From positions 37,264,001 to 37,328,000 of the forward strand of contig OZ076409.1 in NCBI GenBank assembly GCA_964187785.1: 64,000 bases of DNA, given 5' to 3'. Source of the stretch: Amphiscolops sp. MND2022 (Eukaryota). The position numbers were made by a program, and so were the translations under genes. This document shows positions 49,996 through 62,049 of this stretch, piece after piece (the first letter of the stretch is position 1; each line of letters starts with the position of its first letter). A model generated the notes under the pieces. The model saw only the letters and a list, made by a program, of their open reading frames with translations, had not been told where the DNA came from and did no database searches.

Positions 49996-51583
49996 AAGTT
50001 TTTTTTTCAGCTGTCATAGTTGTCGCCTTTCTTGAAACAACTTTCATAAACGTTTCGTGAAAAAACTTCTCAGATGTGAGATTTCTTCGCTGAGCGGCTA
50101 GAGCATTGGCTTGATATACCATAAGGCGCCAGTTTGATACTCGATCAGGAGGTTTTTTCATGTTTGCAGAATTGAGCTAGGTCACTGCACAGATTTTGTC
50201 GTTTTTTATCATTTCACCAAAAAGTCCTGTTTGAGTTTTTTTATCTTGTCACAGAAGTTTTTTTCTCCAGCTGTCATAGTTGTGGCCTTTCCTGGAACAA
50301 CTTTCATAAACGTTTTGTGATAAAATTTCTCAGATGTTAGACTTGTTGGCTGAGCGGCTAGGGCATTGGCTTGAAAGACCATAAGGCGCCACTTTGATAG
50401 TCGATCAGGAGGTTTTTTCAAGTTTGCGGAATTGAGCTAGGTCAAAGGGATTTTTTGACACTGCACAGATTTTGTCGTTTTTTTATCATTTCACCAAAAA
50501 GTCCTATTTGAGTTTTTTGATCTTGTCACAGAAGTTTTTTTCTCCAGCTGTCATAGTTGTGGCCTTTCTTGGAACAACTTTCATAATCGTTTCGTGATAA
50601 AATTTCTCAGATGTGAGACTTGTTGGCTGAGCGGCTAGAGCATTGGCTTGATAGACCATAAGGCGCCACTTTGATAGTCGATCAGGAGGTTTTTTCATGT
50701 TTGCGGAATTGAGCTAGGTCAAAGGGATTTTTTGACACTGCACAGATTTTGTCGTTTTTTATCATTTCACCAAAATGTCCTATTTGAGTTTTTTGATCTT
50801 GTCACAGAAGTTTTTTTCTCCAGCTGTCATAGTTGTGGCCTTTCTTGGAACAACTTTCATAAACGTTTCGTGATGAAATTTCTCAGATGTGAGACTTGCT
50901 GGCTGAGCGGCTAGAGCATTGGCTTGATAGACCATAAGGCGCCACTTTGATAGTCGATCAGGAGGTTTTTTCATGTTTGCGGAATTGAGCTAGGTCAAAG
51001 GGATTTTTTTGACACTGCGCAGATTTTGTGGCTTTTTATCATTTCACCAGAAAGTCATATTTGAGTTTTTTGATCTTGACACAGAAGTTTTTTCTCCAGC
51101 TGTCATAGTTGTGGCCTTTCTTGGAACAACTTTCATAAACGTTTCGTGATGAAATTTCTCAGATGTGAGACTTGCTGACTGAGCGGCTAGAGCATTGGCT
51201 TGATAGACCATAAGGCGCCAGTTTGAAGCTCGATCAAGAGGTTTTTTCATGTTTGCAGAATTGAGCTAGGTCAAAGGGATTTTTTTGACACTGCGCAGAT
51301 TTTGTGGTTTTTTATCATTTCACCAGAAAGTCATATTTGAGTTTTTTGATCTTGACACAGAAGTTTTTTCTCCAGGTGTCATAGTTGTGGCCTTTTTTGA
51401 ATAACTTTCCTAAACGTTTTCGTGATAAAATTTCTCAGATGTGAGACTTGTTGGCTGAGCGGCTAGAGCATTGGCTTGATAGACCATAAGGCGCCAGTTT
51501 GATACTCGATCAGGAAGTTTTTTCATGTTTGCAGAATTGAGCTATGTCAAAGAGATTTTTTTGGCACTGCACAGATTTTGTCC
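49996..51583. repeat. ~277-bp tandem repeat, ~5.8 copies
   Basis: GAAGTTTTTT..CAGCTGTCATAGTTG at ~49996, 50254, 50531, 50807, 51084 and 51361. Confidence 0.95.
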
Positions 51584-52066
51584 TTTTTAGTCGGCGTTTT
51601 TCTTAAGAAAAAAGCCCGACTATTACAGTCACTCGTATTTTTTTATTTAAGACAGACTCGAAAGCGACGAACGTTAAAATTAACGTTCAACTACTAAATA
51701 AGTACTAAACTACTGGACCGCTAAAGGCAAACGGGGAGCGCATTCATTTACTTTTTAAACGTTACATACAAGCCCGGACGGGACTAAAGTTCCCCCCCCT
51801 TTCGATTTTTTTTTCGGCGCTGTGAGACTTTTTTTCGAAATTTTTTTTATGTCCCCAAAGGGTCCCCCCTTTGAGTTTTTTGTTATTTTGCTACAGAATG
51901 CGTGTTTATAAATCAAAAAGGATCCCCCTTTTTACATTTTTTGGCACTGTGCGACATTTTCTGAAAGAATTTTTTTTTCGAAAATTTCAAGTTTTTTTCC
52001 AAAAAAAATGTTTTGCGCTTTTTGAGCCTTAGATATAGCGCCGACTTGAGACGTTCCCGTCTTGTT
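51584..52066 (+). mobile_element. Helentron/DINE-1-like element (intact reference copy)
   Basis: TTTTTAGTCGGCG..GCCCGACT 5' fold-back; 3' AGCGCCGACT plus AGACG-TTCC-CGTCT hairpin plus TGTT; T-rich insertion site. Confidence 0.8.
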
Positions 52067-54319
52067 TATCATTCCAACAATTGATCCTTTTTGATTTTTT
52101 ATTTCAGTGATAGAATTTTATTCACCAGCTGTCACAGTACTGTTTTTTTTGAAAATGGGCTAATATGTCCCAAAAAAGCGTGCCTGATTGGGGTCCGTTA
52201 GCTGTCTGTCTTCTTATTTTGTGTCCCTTTATATCATCCGGCCACCTTTTACATTGATCTGTCTTGTTTCAATTTTGTAGTCGAAGAAGAAGGTTCTTTT
52301 GTAAAACTCAATCAAAATAAATTTGTTTTTGTAACGATTATTTTTGCTCAGGTTATTGGGATTTTTTTAACAGGCTGCATAGATGAGACCTCACATATTA
52401 CATAATGCGGTAAAAAAACTTTTGACGGTTTTTATGCAATTTTTGAACAATTTTCCAGTGTTTCTACAGGAATGAAGATTCATCCACAGAGCTTAACAAA
52501 AAATCAACTACTCAGCATACTTTCGAGTATTGAGTTAATTAGAAAAAGTGCCAAAAAGAAAGAAGACAAATTTTTTAACCGTTTCCAGCGTTTCGCATAC
52601 AATTTTGATATTTACAAATTTCAACAAAACAATCTGGTACTAAATCAGGAAAAAATAAATCTCCTTTTTCTTGAAGAAAGAATGAAAAATTAAAAATGCC
52701 TTCATTTTTTTTCATTTAATCACATTCAATTTTCTATCATTCAATGAGTTTTGTGCTTTCGGATGTTTTTGTGAGTATGAAAAAACTAAGAGTCCGGTGG
52801 CAAAACTTTTAGTCAATTGACATACTTTTTTTGAGAAAAAATTTTCCCAGAAAATGCCAAAGGGAAGCCAAAAAGTGTCAAAACGCTTGTTCGTCGACAG
52901 TTTTTTGCAATTTTGCACGGTTCTTGAATGTTTTCAGCAAACCTTTCATAACGGAAGATGCTTTTCGTGAACAAAAGATGAAATGAATTGAAGATTGTAA
53001 GGATCTTTGAAGTTTTCTTCAAGTTCCTCAGTTTTTGTCACCTTCGATCCCTCAGATGGTGTTTTAGTTAAATTTCTTCTGAATAAAAATACCCTGTTCG
53101 TCCTGTATCATAATTTTCACGGGAGGCGGCAATTTCGTCGTTTTAACTAATCCTGAAATTTCATGATCAAAAAATTTGTCGTATTACGTGGAATTATCAG
53201 CGTTCACGATAAGATACCCTTTTAATTATTCAATTATTTATTCATTAAATTAAGATTTCAATACCAAGTTAGACTTTGTCACCAAAATTGGGTCAAAAAG
53301 TTAATTGCCTTCAAGATGCTTATCGAGCATCGATTCAACTCATCAAGATGCTTATTGAGCAACGGGCTGTTTTCAGTCGTGGATTATTTTACCAACCAAC
53401 TTTCAAAAAAAATGTTCGGAAATCGCGGAAAATCTGTGACAATGGAAAATTTTCTATGAACAGTTAAAATCTTGCGAGCAAACCTTTTCCTATCAAAACC
53501 ATAATCAAACGTAGTCATTGATAGCCAATATAGCCATCATTACAAATTAACGAGAACTCTTCAGATAGGCAGACTCAATGATAAAAGAGGATTTGTAAAG
53601 TTTACCCAAGGGCGTCTAAGAAATTCGTTCGAGGGACTAGATTTTGAGATTTTCAGTCAGTTGCCGCTGATCAATTCCGTGTCTTTACCAACGACTTGCC
53701 AAGAAAATTAAAGAGGATTAAATCATCATAGCGCAACTAGACCCATACCCATACAGACTGAGAGCGAATCGAGAAGAGATTACGGAACGTGCTTGAGAAG
53801 ACTCAATTAGCAAACCTGCTAATCATGCCAATACGGACTTTCTTTAGACCGGCGCTTACGTGCTTGTGTTCCCGACTAAATTCTTGCCATACCATGTCAA
53901 TCGTGCCGTAAATTATCGTTATCTTGTTGGATTAGCTCTTGAGGTACTTTTCATCATGCCCTGTGACAAGTGCCCTGTTAACACCTTCACTTTTTAAAAG
54001 GCTATCATCTAAGCGGTAGTTTCACGCTACTGATAGCACTTACACACTGGATCAGGTCAGCGAGTACTCCACTTGAAGCGGAATCCTCCTCTAACAGGAC
54101 CATTTTTACCCGAAAGAGGCAAAATGGACTCATGGATATGGGCGCCTGTCTCGGACAAATACTGACGGAGCAGCGATGGTGAGAGCTTGCCGTTACAATT
54201 CATGGTAGATACACGAACCTTCGACAGCGTTTAAAAAACGAAATTTCTGCTATTCAATTTTTACACCTAATTCTCTAGTAAGTGTTCACTTGAAAACGTG
54301 TGACTCTCACATTGGCCAG

Positions 54320-54901
54320 TTTTTAGTCGGCGCTTTTCTAGTGAAAAAAGCCCTACTATATCAGTGACTAATTTTTTTTCTTTTTTTTCGTCAGACCACG
54401 GACCTCATCGTGTATGTGCCACTTTTTACAGACATCACTCGTTCACGTGTACTCGTCAGTTCAGTCTTTACTCGGTTTACGGTGAACCCAGCGGTCACGG
54501 GTTCGAGTCCTTGCCTTAGCCAGAAACTTTTTCGAGCAATGTTTTTTGGCACTGTGCGACGCTTTCAATGTTTTCGGCACTGTGCGACATTTTTCGAATT
54601 TTTTTCGCCATCAAATTGTCCTACCTTCAAGTTTTTTTTGATCTTTTGCAGCAAACTAAAATGATAAAAGGCCCAAAGGGTCTCCCTTTTTATGTATTTC
54701 GGCACTATGAGACTGTTCAAAATTCTCATTTTTCGTTTTTTTTCGAACATTAAAAAATTTTCGGAATCCCTTCAATTTGATTGATATTTTGCAACAAACT
54801 GGATTTTCAAAAAAACCCGAAGGGTCCCGCTTTTACAGGTTTAAAAACTGCGCTTTTTGAGCCTCAGATATAGCGCCGACTTTAGACGTTGCCGTCTTGT
54901 T
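54320..54901 (+). mobile_element. Helentron/DINE-1-like element with an internal tRNA-like B box
   Basis: Same termini as the reference copy; GGTTCGAGTCC at ~54500. Confidence 0.75.
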
Positions 54902-55123
54902 CTATCAAACTGTGACTTCAGAGGCGGCCACTATTTCTGAAACTTTCTATCAATTTCATCAGAAGAGAACTCTCAAATATAGTGCTCAATCGACTAGTGG
55001 TAAGAGCGATGAATCAAGAAATCGAGATAAACAGTTTCAAATCCAGCTCAGGGTGAATTTTTAGTCAAAGCTTTTAGGAAATTTCAGTCATCGTGAAAAT
55101 TATAAACATTTTTTGTCACTTTA

Positions 55124-55740
55124 TTTTTAGTCGGCGCTCTTTTTTTCAAATGAAAATTACCCGACTCTTACAGTGACCTTTCTTTTCCTTCTTTTTTTCA
55201 GACCACAGACCTCACACTGAAAGGTCCACTGTTTACAGAAACTACTAAAACTACTAAAGCTAAGTCCGGCCAGCGAAACTTAGTGCAAAAGGTCAACCAC
55301 TTTCATTTTTTACTTTGTTAACGTAACCTACAAAACCGGACAAGGCTAAAGGGTCCCCCCTTTCAATTTTTTTCGGCACTGTTCGACTTTCTTTTCGAAA
55401 ATTTTTTAATGTCTCAAAAGGGTCCCTCTTTCGAGTTTTTTGATAGTTTGCAACTGAACGGATGTTAATAAATCCCAAAGAGTCCCCCTTTCACATTTTT
55501 CGGCACTAGGCAAAATTTTCTGAAAGAAAAAATCTGGAGTTTTTTCATTTAAAAATGTTTTTTTTTGTTCCCAGTTGGGGAAAAAGTGGTTTCCGAGTCT
55601 TATCGAGCATGAAACACATCTTTTGGGTGTCTCAAAACTGTTTTTTGAGCTTTTCATAAATACTTCCAGGGCATATTTTGAAAATTTTGCGCTTTTTGAG
55701 CCTTAGGTATAGCGCCGACTTTACACGTTCTTGTCTTGTT
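55124..55740 (+). mobile_element. Helentron/DINE-1-like element
   Basis: TTTTTAGTCGGCGCT ... AGCGCCGACT..GTCTTGTT termini. Confidence 0.75.
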
Positions 55741-55922
55741 GGTCGGCGCAATTGCTATAGCTATAAAAAAAACTCTTGAAGTTTTCACAACGCTCTCAAA
55801 ATCTGCAAAAGTCAAAATAATTCCTAGGGTCATCTCGCTCATTTTTGACAAATTATTTTAGTATTACAAAGCTACATGCATGTTCTTTGAAATTTAATTC
55901 ACCAAAGCGCCCCCGATAGCTT

Positions 55923-55995
55923 CAAAAAACACCTTTTTTCGACTTGAAAATTCACAAAGTTTGTGAATTTTCAAGTCGAAAAAAGGTGTTTTTTG
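55923..55995. repeat. Perfect 73-bp palindrome (36-bp arms, 1-nt spacer)
   Basis: CAAAAAACACCTTTTTTCGACTTGAAAATTCACAAA-G-TTTGTGAATTTTCAAGTCGAAAAAAGGTGTTTTTTG. Confidence 0.95.
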
Positions 55996-57076
55996 TGAGC
56001 TCAAAGCGACCTCTTTAGACTTTTTTGACTTTATAAGATTTTCGTAACGATATCTAGCAATTTGCGCTTTTTGAAGTTTAAGCAGGGTGCCAAATTATGC
56101 AGTCCCAGCTTCTAGTGTTTTCAAGATGAACTATAGAAATAACATTTTTGGACAAAAGATTTATAGATTGCTATAATTTCGATAATTTTTTTTCGTTTTC
56201 CCAGCTGGGGTTGGAATGTAATCAATGCCGAAGTTTTCATCTTTTCAAATTGAATCCCACTAAAATCTGTTTCTGATCAAGTTTCTGCTTGATGAAAACC
56301 TTGCCATATTCAATGTAAATTTAAATGCCTCAGTTATTCTACGATGTTCTTTTTTATCTGATATGAAGTCGTAATACAAAAGTTCCGTAATGCAATCTTA
56401 CCAAGGTATTGTCCTGTCCTCACCCTTGTTAAAGTTAGTGGTAAGATCGTGGCCGAAGCCGTAGCATAATTGTACATAGCTTTTACGACAACTTCAATGA
56501 GAGGTGGATTTGAAAGAAAACATTTTTTGTCTACTCTTCCGCAATTTTTTATTCCCGCAAAAACTTATTCTGAGTTGCTGACTTTCGATGCATTCCCAAA
56601 TCAAAATCAAGACGAAATTTTTTTTCGTTTCAAATTCATTGTAACTCATCGTCTTTTTTCCAGCGAGGAAGTTGCGAGTTGATTTAAACGACAATTAAAA
56701 ATACAAATGAAAAAGTATCTGCAAGAGAAATAGTCAACATAGTTACAAAAATTGTCGAGAAAGCTATTTTCCATGACCAGAAATCTCAACATGGACCGCC
56801 CACTGATTGAACGCAGGGATTTTTTGGGTGAATGATCGTTTGTCAGAAGTATTGAAATAGCTGGTTGTATATGAGAATTTCACCGGTAGGAAAAGCAAAA
56901 TAAAGTTGGTCAAAAAAATAATGGTCGGAGATTTAGGTATCGCTCTTTTGCTTTTTTGGATTTGCTTGTCAACAACAAAAAAACAAAGCTGATTACGCTG
57001 TATAAGATATCCTACGGAAACCTATTTGTGGGTATGTCCAAAAAAACGTTTATGTCCGAAAGGGTATCTACCTAGA

Positions 57077-57596
57077 TACCCAGTGAATAAACTCTTGAAA
57101 TTCTAGATAAGAATCTTATATTTTTGTTAAAACTTTGGTAAAATCTTGGCAAGATTTTCATCAAGAGCGCCAAGAAAATGTAGGATCTTGCAAGATCTTT
57201 TCAAGATAACAAAAGTCAATGGAAACAAACAAAAACCCACGCCACCTTCGGCTTGATCAGCGTACCTATTGTGTCACGGCTGTTCGCGCTACCAACCAAG
57301 CTATCATGTTCTGAATTTCAACACTTTGTTTTGTCTTATATCCAATATTTCAAAGAATGATAGTGTAGCTGGTAGTGCGAACAGTAGCAAAAACTTGTAA
57401 ACAAAATAAAATTGTTGTTTGTTTCACAAGTTATTCATTTTCTTGAAGACTCTCACCAGGATTCCTATCAACAAATTAAAGAGTTTTGTGTCAAGCAAGA
57501 ATAAACAAGATCTTATCAAGGTCTTCAAGAGAAAACGGGAATATGTAAGAATATGCAAGATCTTGGCAAGACTTTCAAGATATTTTGCACTGGGTA
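57077..57596. mobile_element. MITE/foldback element
   Basis: TACCCAGTG...CACTGGGTA termini, imperfect long inverted repeats rich in CAAGATCTTG, and an inner inverted pair (CTGTTCGCGCTACCA / TGGTAGTGCGAACAG). Confidence 0.65.
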
Positions 57597-60500
57597 ATCA
57601 TTTGGTTTCTGAACACTATGTGTATCCTAGTCGAGATTGCTTGAATTTTTTACATGCTGCATGGAAACATGCAGGCTAATTTTTTATAAAACATGGAAAA
57701 TTCCGAGACAGTGCATGGAAACATTTTGTAGGATTACAATGCAGCCTTCACTATTTGAATCAAAACTGAAAACAATTCCACTTCTTCGCCGCAGCGATCA
57801 CTTTGTTTTCACGCGTAAGTTTCTCATGTAAGTACCTTATGTAATCACCGTTAGCCAAATATCACGCTGAATTCGACACTACTTTGAAATTTAAAAAGTG
57901 ACTGAAATTTGTTTGCATTGAAAGCGCGGTAAAATTGATTAAGGTCTCAACTGCTTTCAAAATTAGAATAGCGTCTATAAGACAACCTGCAAAACGTCGC
58001 GGCGCAGATTTGCCGCCAAATTTAAGATGCATTTTATAGGCAGCTCAATAAATTTAAATCGAATCAGTGAAGATTTAATGCATGGACATTTCTTTGAGAA
58101 TTTTGTAAAATCATGGAAAATTAGCTTGGTAACCTACAAAAACATGTAAAAAGTTCAAACAGTTCTAACCAGGGTAGTAATACCCACCAAACGTTCCAAA
58201 TTGTTTTCGAAATGTCAAAAATTGAAGAAAAAAGCAGATATTACAATTTTTGTCCATTTAAAGTTTTTTTAATTGTGAACTACTGATTTCTTTTCAAAAT
58301 GGTGTCATAAATCAATCAATCTTTTTTTTAAATATGTAGACTTTTTGACCATGAAAACTATTTCGGAAAAAAAACAAACATGTTTGAAATGACCGTCATT
58401 AGAAAGAGGTTTGAAATTTTTTTGGGAGGTTCATTGCAATTTCTGAAAAAAATAACAACAAATTCATCTTCCAAAAAGCATGTTTGATTATTTATGTGGA
58501 CCTGAAACACCACACTAGACATTTTTATTACACTGCCGAATGCTCTTTGAAATGGTTTCCTTTTTCAATGAATGTTTCTTATTTAATGTATGTAGAATTT
58601 CAAATCCATGAAAACAATCGAAATTTGTACAATCGAAAAAAAGTTTAAAACGACCGATATTCGAAATAGTTTTGGTTTTTTGGAAGGTTCCAAAGCATTT
58701 TGTGGAGAAACAACAATGAATTTGACCTCTAAAAAGTATCTTTGATAATTTGTATGGACTTGACATTTTCGATATTCAATCATTTGAAAACGTTCAAAAA
58801 CTGAACATTGGAAAAGTTTGTCTTTTTTCGATATCATTTTGGCATCGTTCCATCTAAAAATTCCAAATTGCTAATACTAAAAGCATAGCAGATGAAGGTT
58901 TGCTTCCCCTATGAAAACTGTGGTTGTTTGAATTGCTCGAAAAATTGAAAATTTCTGCAGAAATTGCCTGAAGTAGTGATTAGAAGGACTTTTAGCTTTT
59001 TGGGGTGGTTTTGACGTAGTCAGTGTACGAGATAGCTAGTTGGCTCTTCCTTGAACTTCTGGGAGAGTGTTATCTTTCGAAACAACCGAGAACTGGGCAG
59101 AAATTGCTTCAAAAATTTTTTAAAAGGAAAAATTCGAGCTTTTTTGGTTACTTTGAGACACCCCTTCTACAAAACATTCCATGTATCTGCTCAAAAAAGC
59201 GTCTTTTCTTGCACGTTGTGTCGTATCGGAAATTTTTCGATGTTTTAATCCACAAAAATAACGTAAAATTGTACAAAAAATGTTTAGACAGTTCATGAGA
59301 TGAAAACAATTGCAAGTATTTTGCGGTGGTTAATTCGAGACATTTTCCAACAAAACTAATTTATTTTTGCTTCTAGAAAGCCTCCTGAATAGCTACTTTC
59401 TTCACACTGAAGGACTTTCGAATATTCTGACACACGAAAAATTCGATAAACACAAAAATTGTGAAAAAAAAATCAAAAAAATTAAACTTTTAAAAGTTTT
59501 TGAAATTTTATATCATTTTCATGTCGCTTTGAGACACTTTTTCAACCAAAAAAGTTTTCTATTTTTTGGAATCCTTTTTTGGAAAATCCTTTTTGGATTT
59601 CTATTCAAAAAAGCAATCCTTATCTTTGGTTTCTTCGTCCTGGAACTTGTTAGATATTCTAATCCACAAGCGCATTCGAAACTGTACAAAATTTTCATAA
59701 AAATGCAAAAATTGAAAAAATGAATGTTTTTGACTTTTCTGGTGATTTTGGTGTCATTTTGAGACACTTCTTCAATAATAAAGTGTTTCGGAATCAACTT
59801 CAAAAAGACAGCCAAGGTATCAACCTGGTAGTTTAGTTTCTTAGACAAAAAATCAAGTCAAAACTCATTCAGGCATCATCAAAAAGTCTGATATTATTGA
59901 TCATTGTTCATCTTCTTTGGTTATTATATTTTTTCATTGCTGTAAAAATTGCGTAACATCTCCAAGAAATTCAACACGAAGGACCATTTCAATGAACTTA
60001 ACTTGGTTCAAAGTATCCTGGGCGTTGCTTGCTTCGCCGGCACAGCATTGAGAGATGCTTGATCGAAAACACATTAAATTTTTTGAAGTCCATCATAAGT
60101 CTGACATTTTCGTGGAAATCGTTGTTTCCGACATATCTACTTGAAATGAAGTCAGTTTTCACTCCAGGTCGTTGCAAAAATCATGTTCCTAATTTGGAAT
60201 TCTAATTTTCTAAATCGCGAATCTCGTGGGGCTAAATTTTGTCCTAGTAGTCGACAACTTCTTTCTGCCTGCAAATCATTTGAGGGAGTAATTCATGTCA
60301 CTCTAGATTTCTAGTAAATTCGGTGTCAGTCTGAATTGATTTTTTCTCAAAAAGTAACCTCGAAGATAAACAGTTTTATCTTTTCAATTCTGTGAACGAA
60401 TAATTGAGTTCTGACAGTCGAAATTCTCTACTATCACCAAACTATTTGGAATATCGATTCCCTTGGAAGCAGTAAATGGTCGAAAAAGTTTTTTTAAGCT

Positions 60501-62049
60501 CTGAGATTTTATGTTGTTCGAAGGAATTGCGATAAAAAATTGTTGGTTTAAAATGAGTTTGTTTAAAAATCAAAAATATATGACTTCATATAACTCATTG
60601 AATGATTTTTTACCTTAAGGCATGAGTTTTCCAAGAAGTAGACGATTGATGAATATCTTTCGAGGTTTTTAATAGATTTTGAATGTTTTAGGTATCTAAC
60701 CTTGTACAAAGGTGGTTTGGTGCAGGCAAAAGACGACGAAGGATGGTAGGATGGCAGCTACAACGGCGGGTATGAAAAGTTTGGTCATTTCTTCTGAGCT
60801 GTTTGTGCAGCGGTACTTTCACTTTGCTGTTAGGTGTTTAGTGCTGCGGGTAGCAGGCAGTTAGGTTAGTTGTTGCAGATGGTGTGAAATTATTTCCAAA
60901 GCTGTAATTACCCGCGCAATCTTCTGTCAGCAAATACTTCACTCGTTATGAAAATGTAGTCTTTAAGAAGCGGGATGCGATTCCCAACAGAATTTCAGCT
61001 CCCCAGTGCTTCGCAAGTAAAATTTACAGCCAATGGGAACAAAGCAATGATTTTTGGCCAATTTAAGATTAGCTTACCATCAAAAAGCATAAAATTAAAG
61101 TTGCCGCTCAAAAATAGCTTCATTATTTATAATGGAAAGAGGTTGCAACACGCTGTAATTGTTTTTCACTTTCAAAGGCAAGGCTCTCTGCTCTTTAAAT
61201 TATTTTCTCAACCTCGGTCTAGAATAGCGTCCGGCTGCCACCGACAGGTTTAATCGGTGATAAATTTCACACCCCATTTATTACTTCACACCTCAATGGC
61301 AACTAGACAAACGTGAGCATGCGACAGTCCACCAAAGTTTGATAGTCACACATGGCCGAGTTTGCGAATCACACAACCAACAGCTTTCACAAAACCCATC
61401 ATTCTTGGAATAAAATTTATTGCCGGCAATTTTGGAAAGTCAATCTTACGCCAGACATCCAAAAATAATCAGTGATTTTCCTATTCATGAGCCATGATTG
61501 TAACATGCCAATATCTTGGAAAGATGACAGAAAAAACTATAATACTGTTGCCAGGATTTTGTCTGTTCAAGAAATATAAATATAAACAACATAGATTTCG
61601 AGACAGTAATAGACATTGATTCTACGTCCAAAATATTAGCATTGAAAAGAAAATTAAAGAAAAATCCATGCAAATAAAAATTCATCTCGAGTTCAATTTT
61701 TTTTTTCAAATCTTGAATGATTGTACTTCGTTATGTGCAAGGTCACCTCTATTTCTTGGGAAACGAAAGTTTTATAAAGCGTCATGAGTAATTTTGAAAG
61801 TTTGAAAAACTAGTTGAAACATGCATCTTGTATCAAGTTGAAAAAGCAAATTAGAAAAATGCGTCAACAGCATGACATTCAGTCTACGCAAATCTTCACT
61901 CTATGCAGAGTTCATCTGTGCACATGATGCTGACAGTGGAAACATTTCAGAACTTTTCCATTGTTTACTGTTTACTTTTTTGGTAAGATGTCCAGCAGGA
62001 TCTCCCCAAGAATTTATGCAGTCGTTCGTTTTCGAATTTCAGCAGAACT

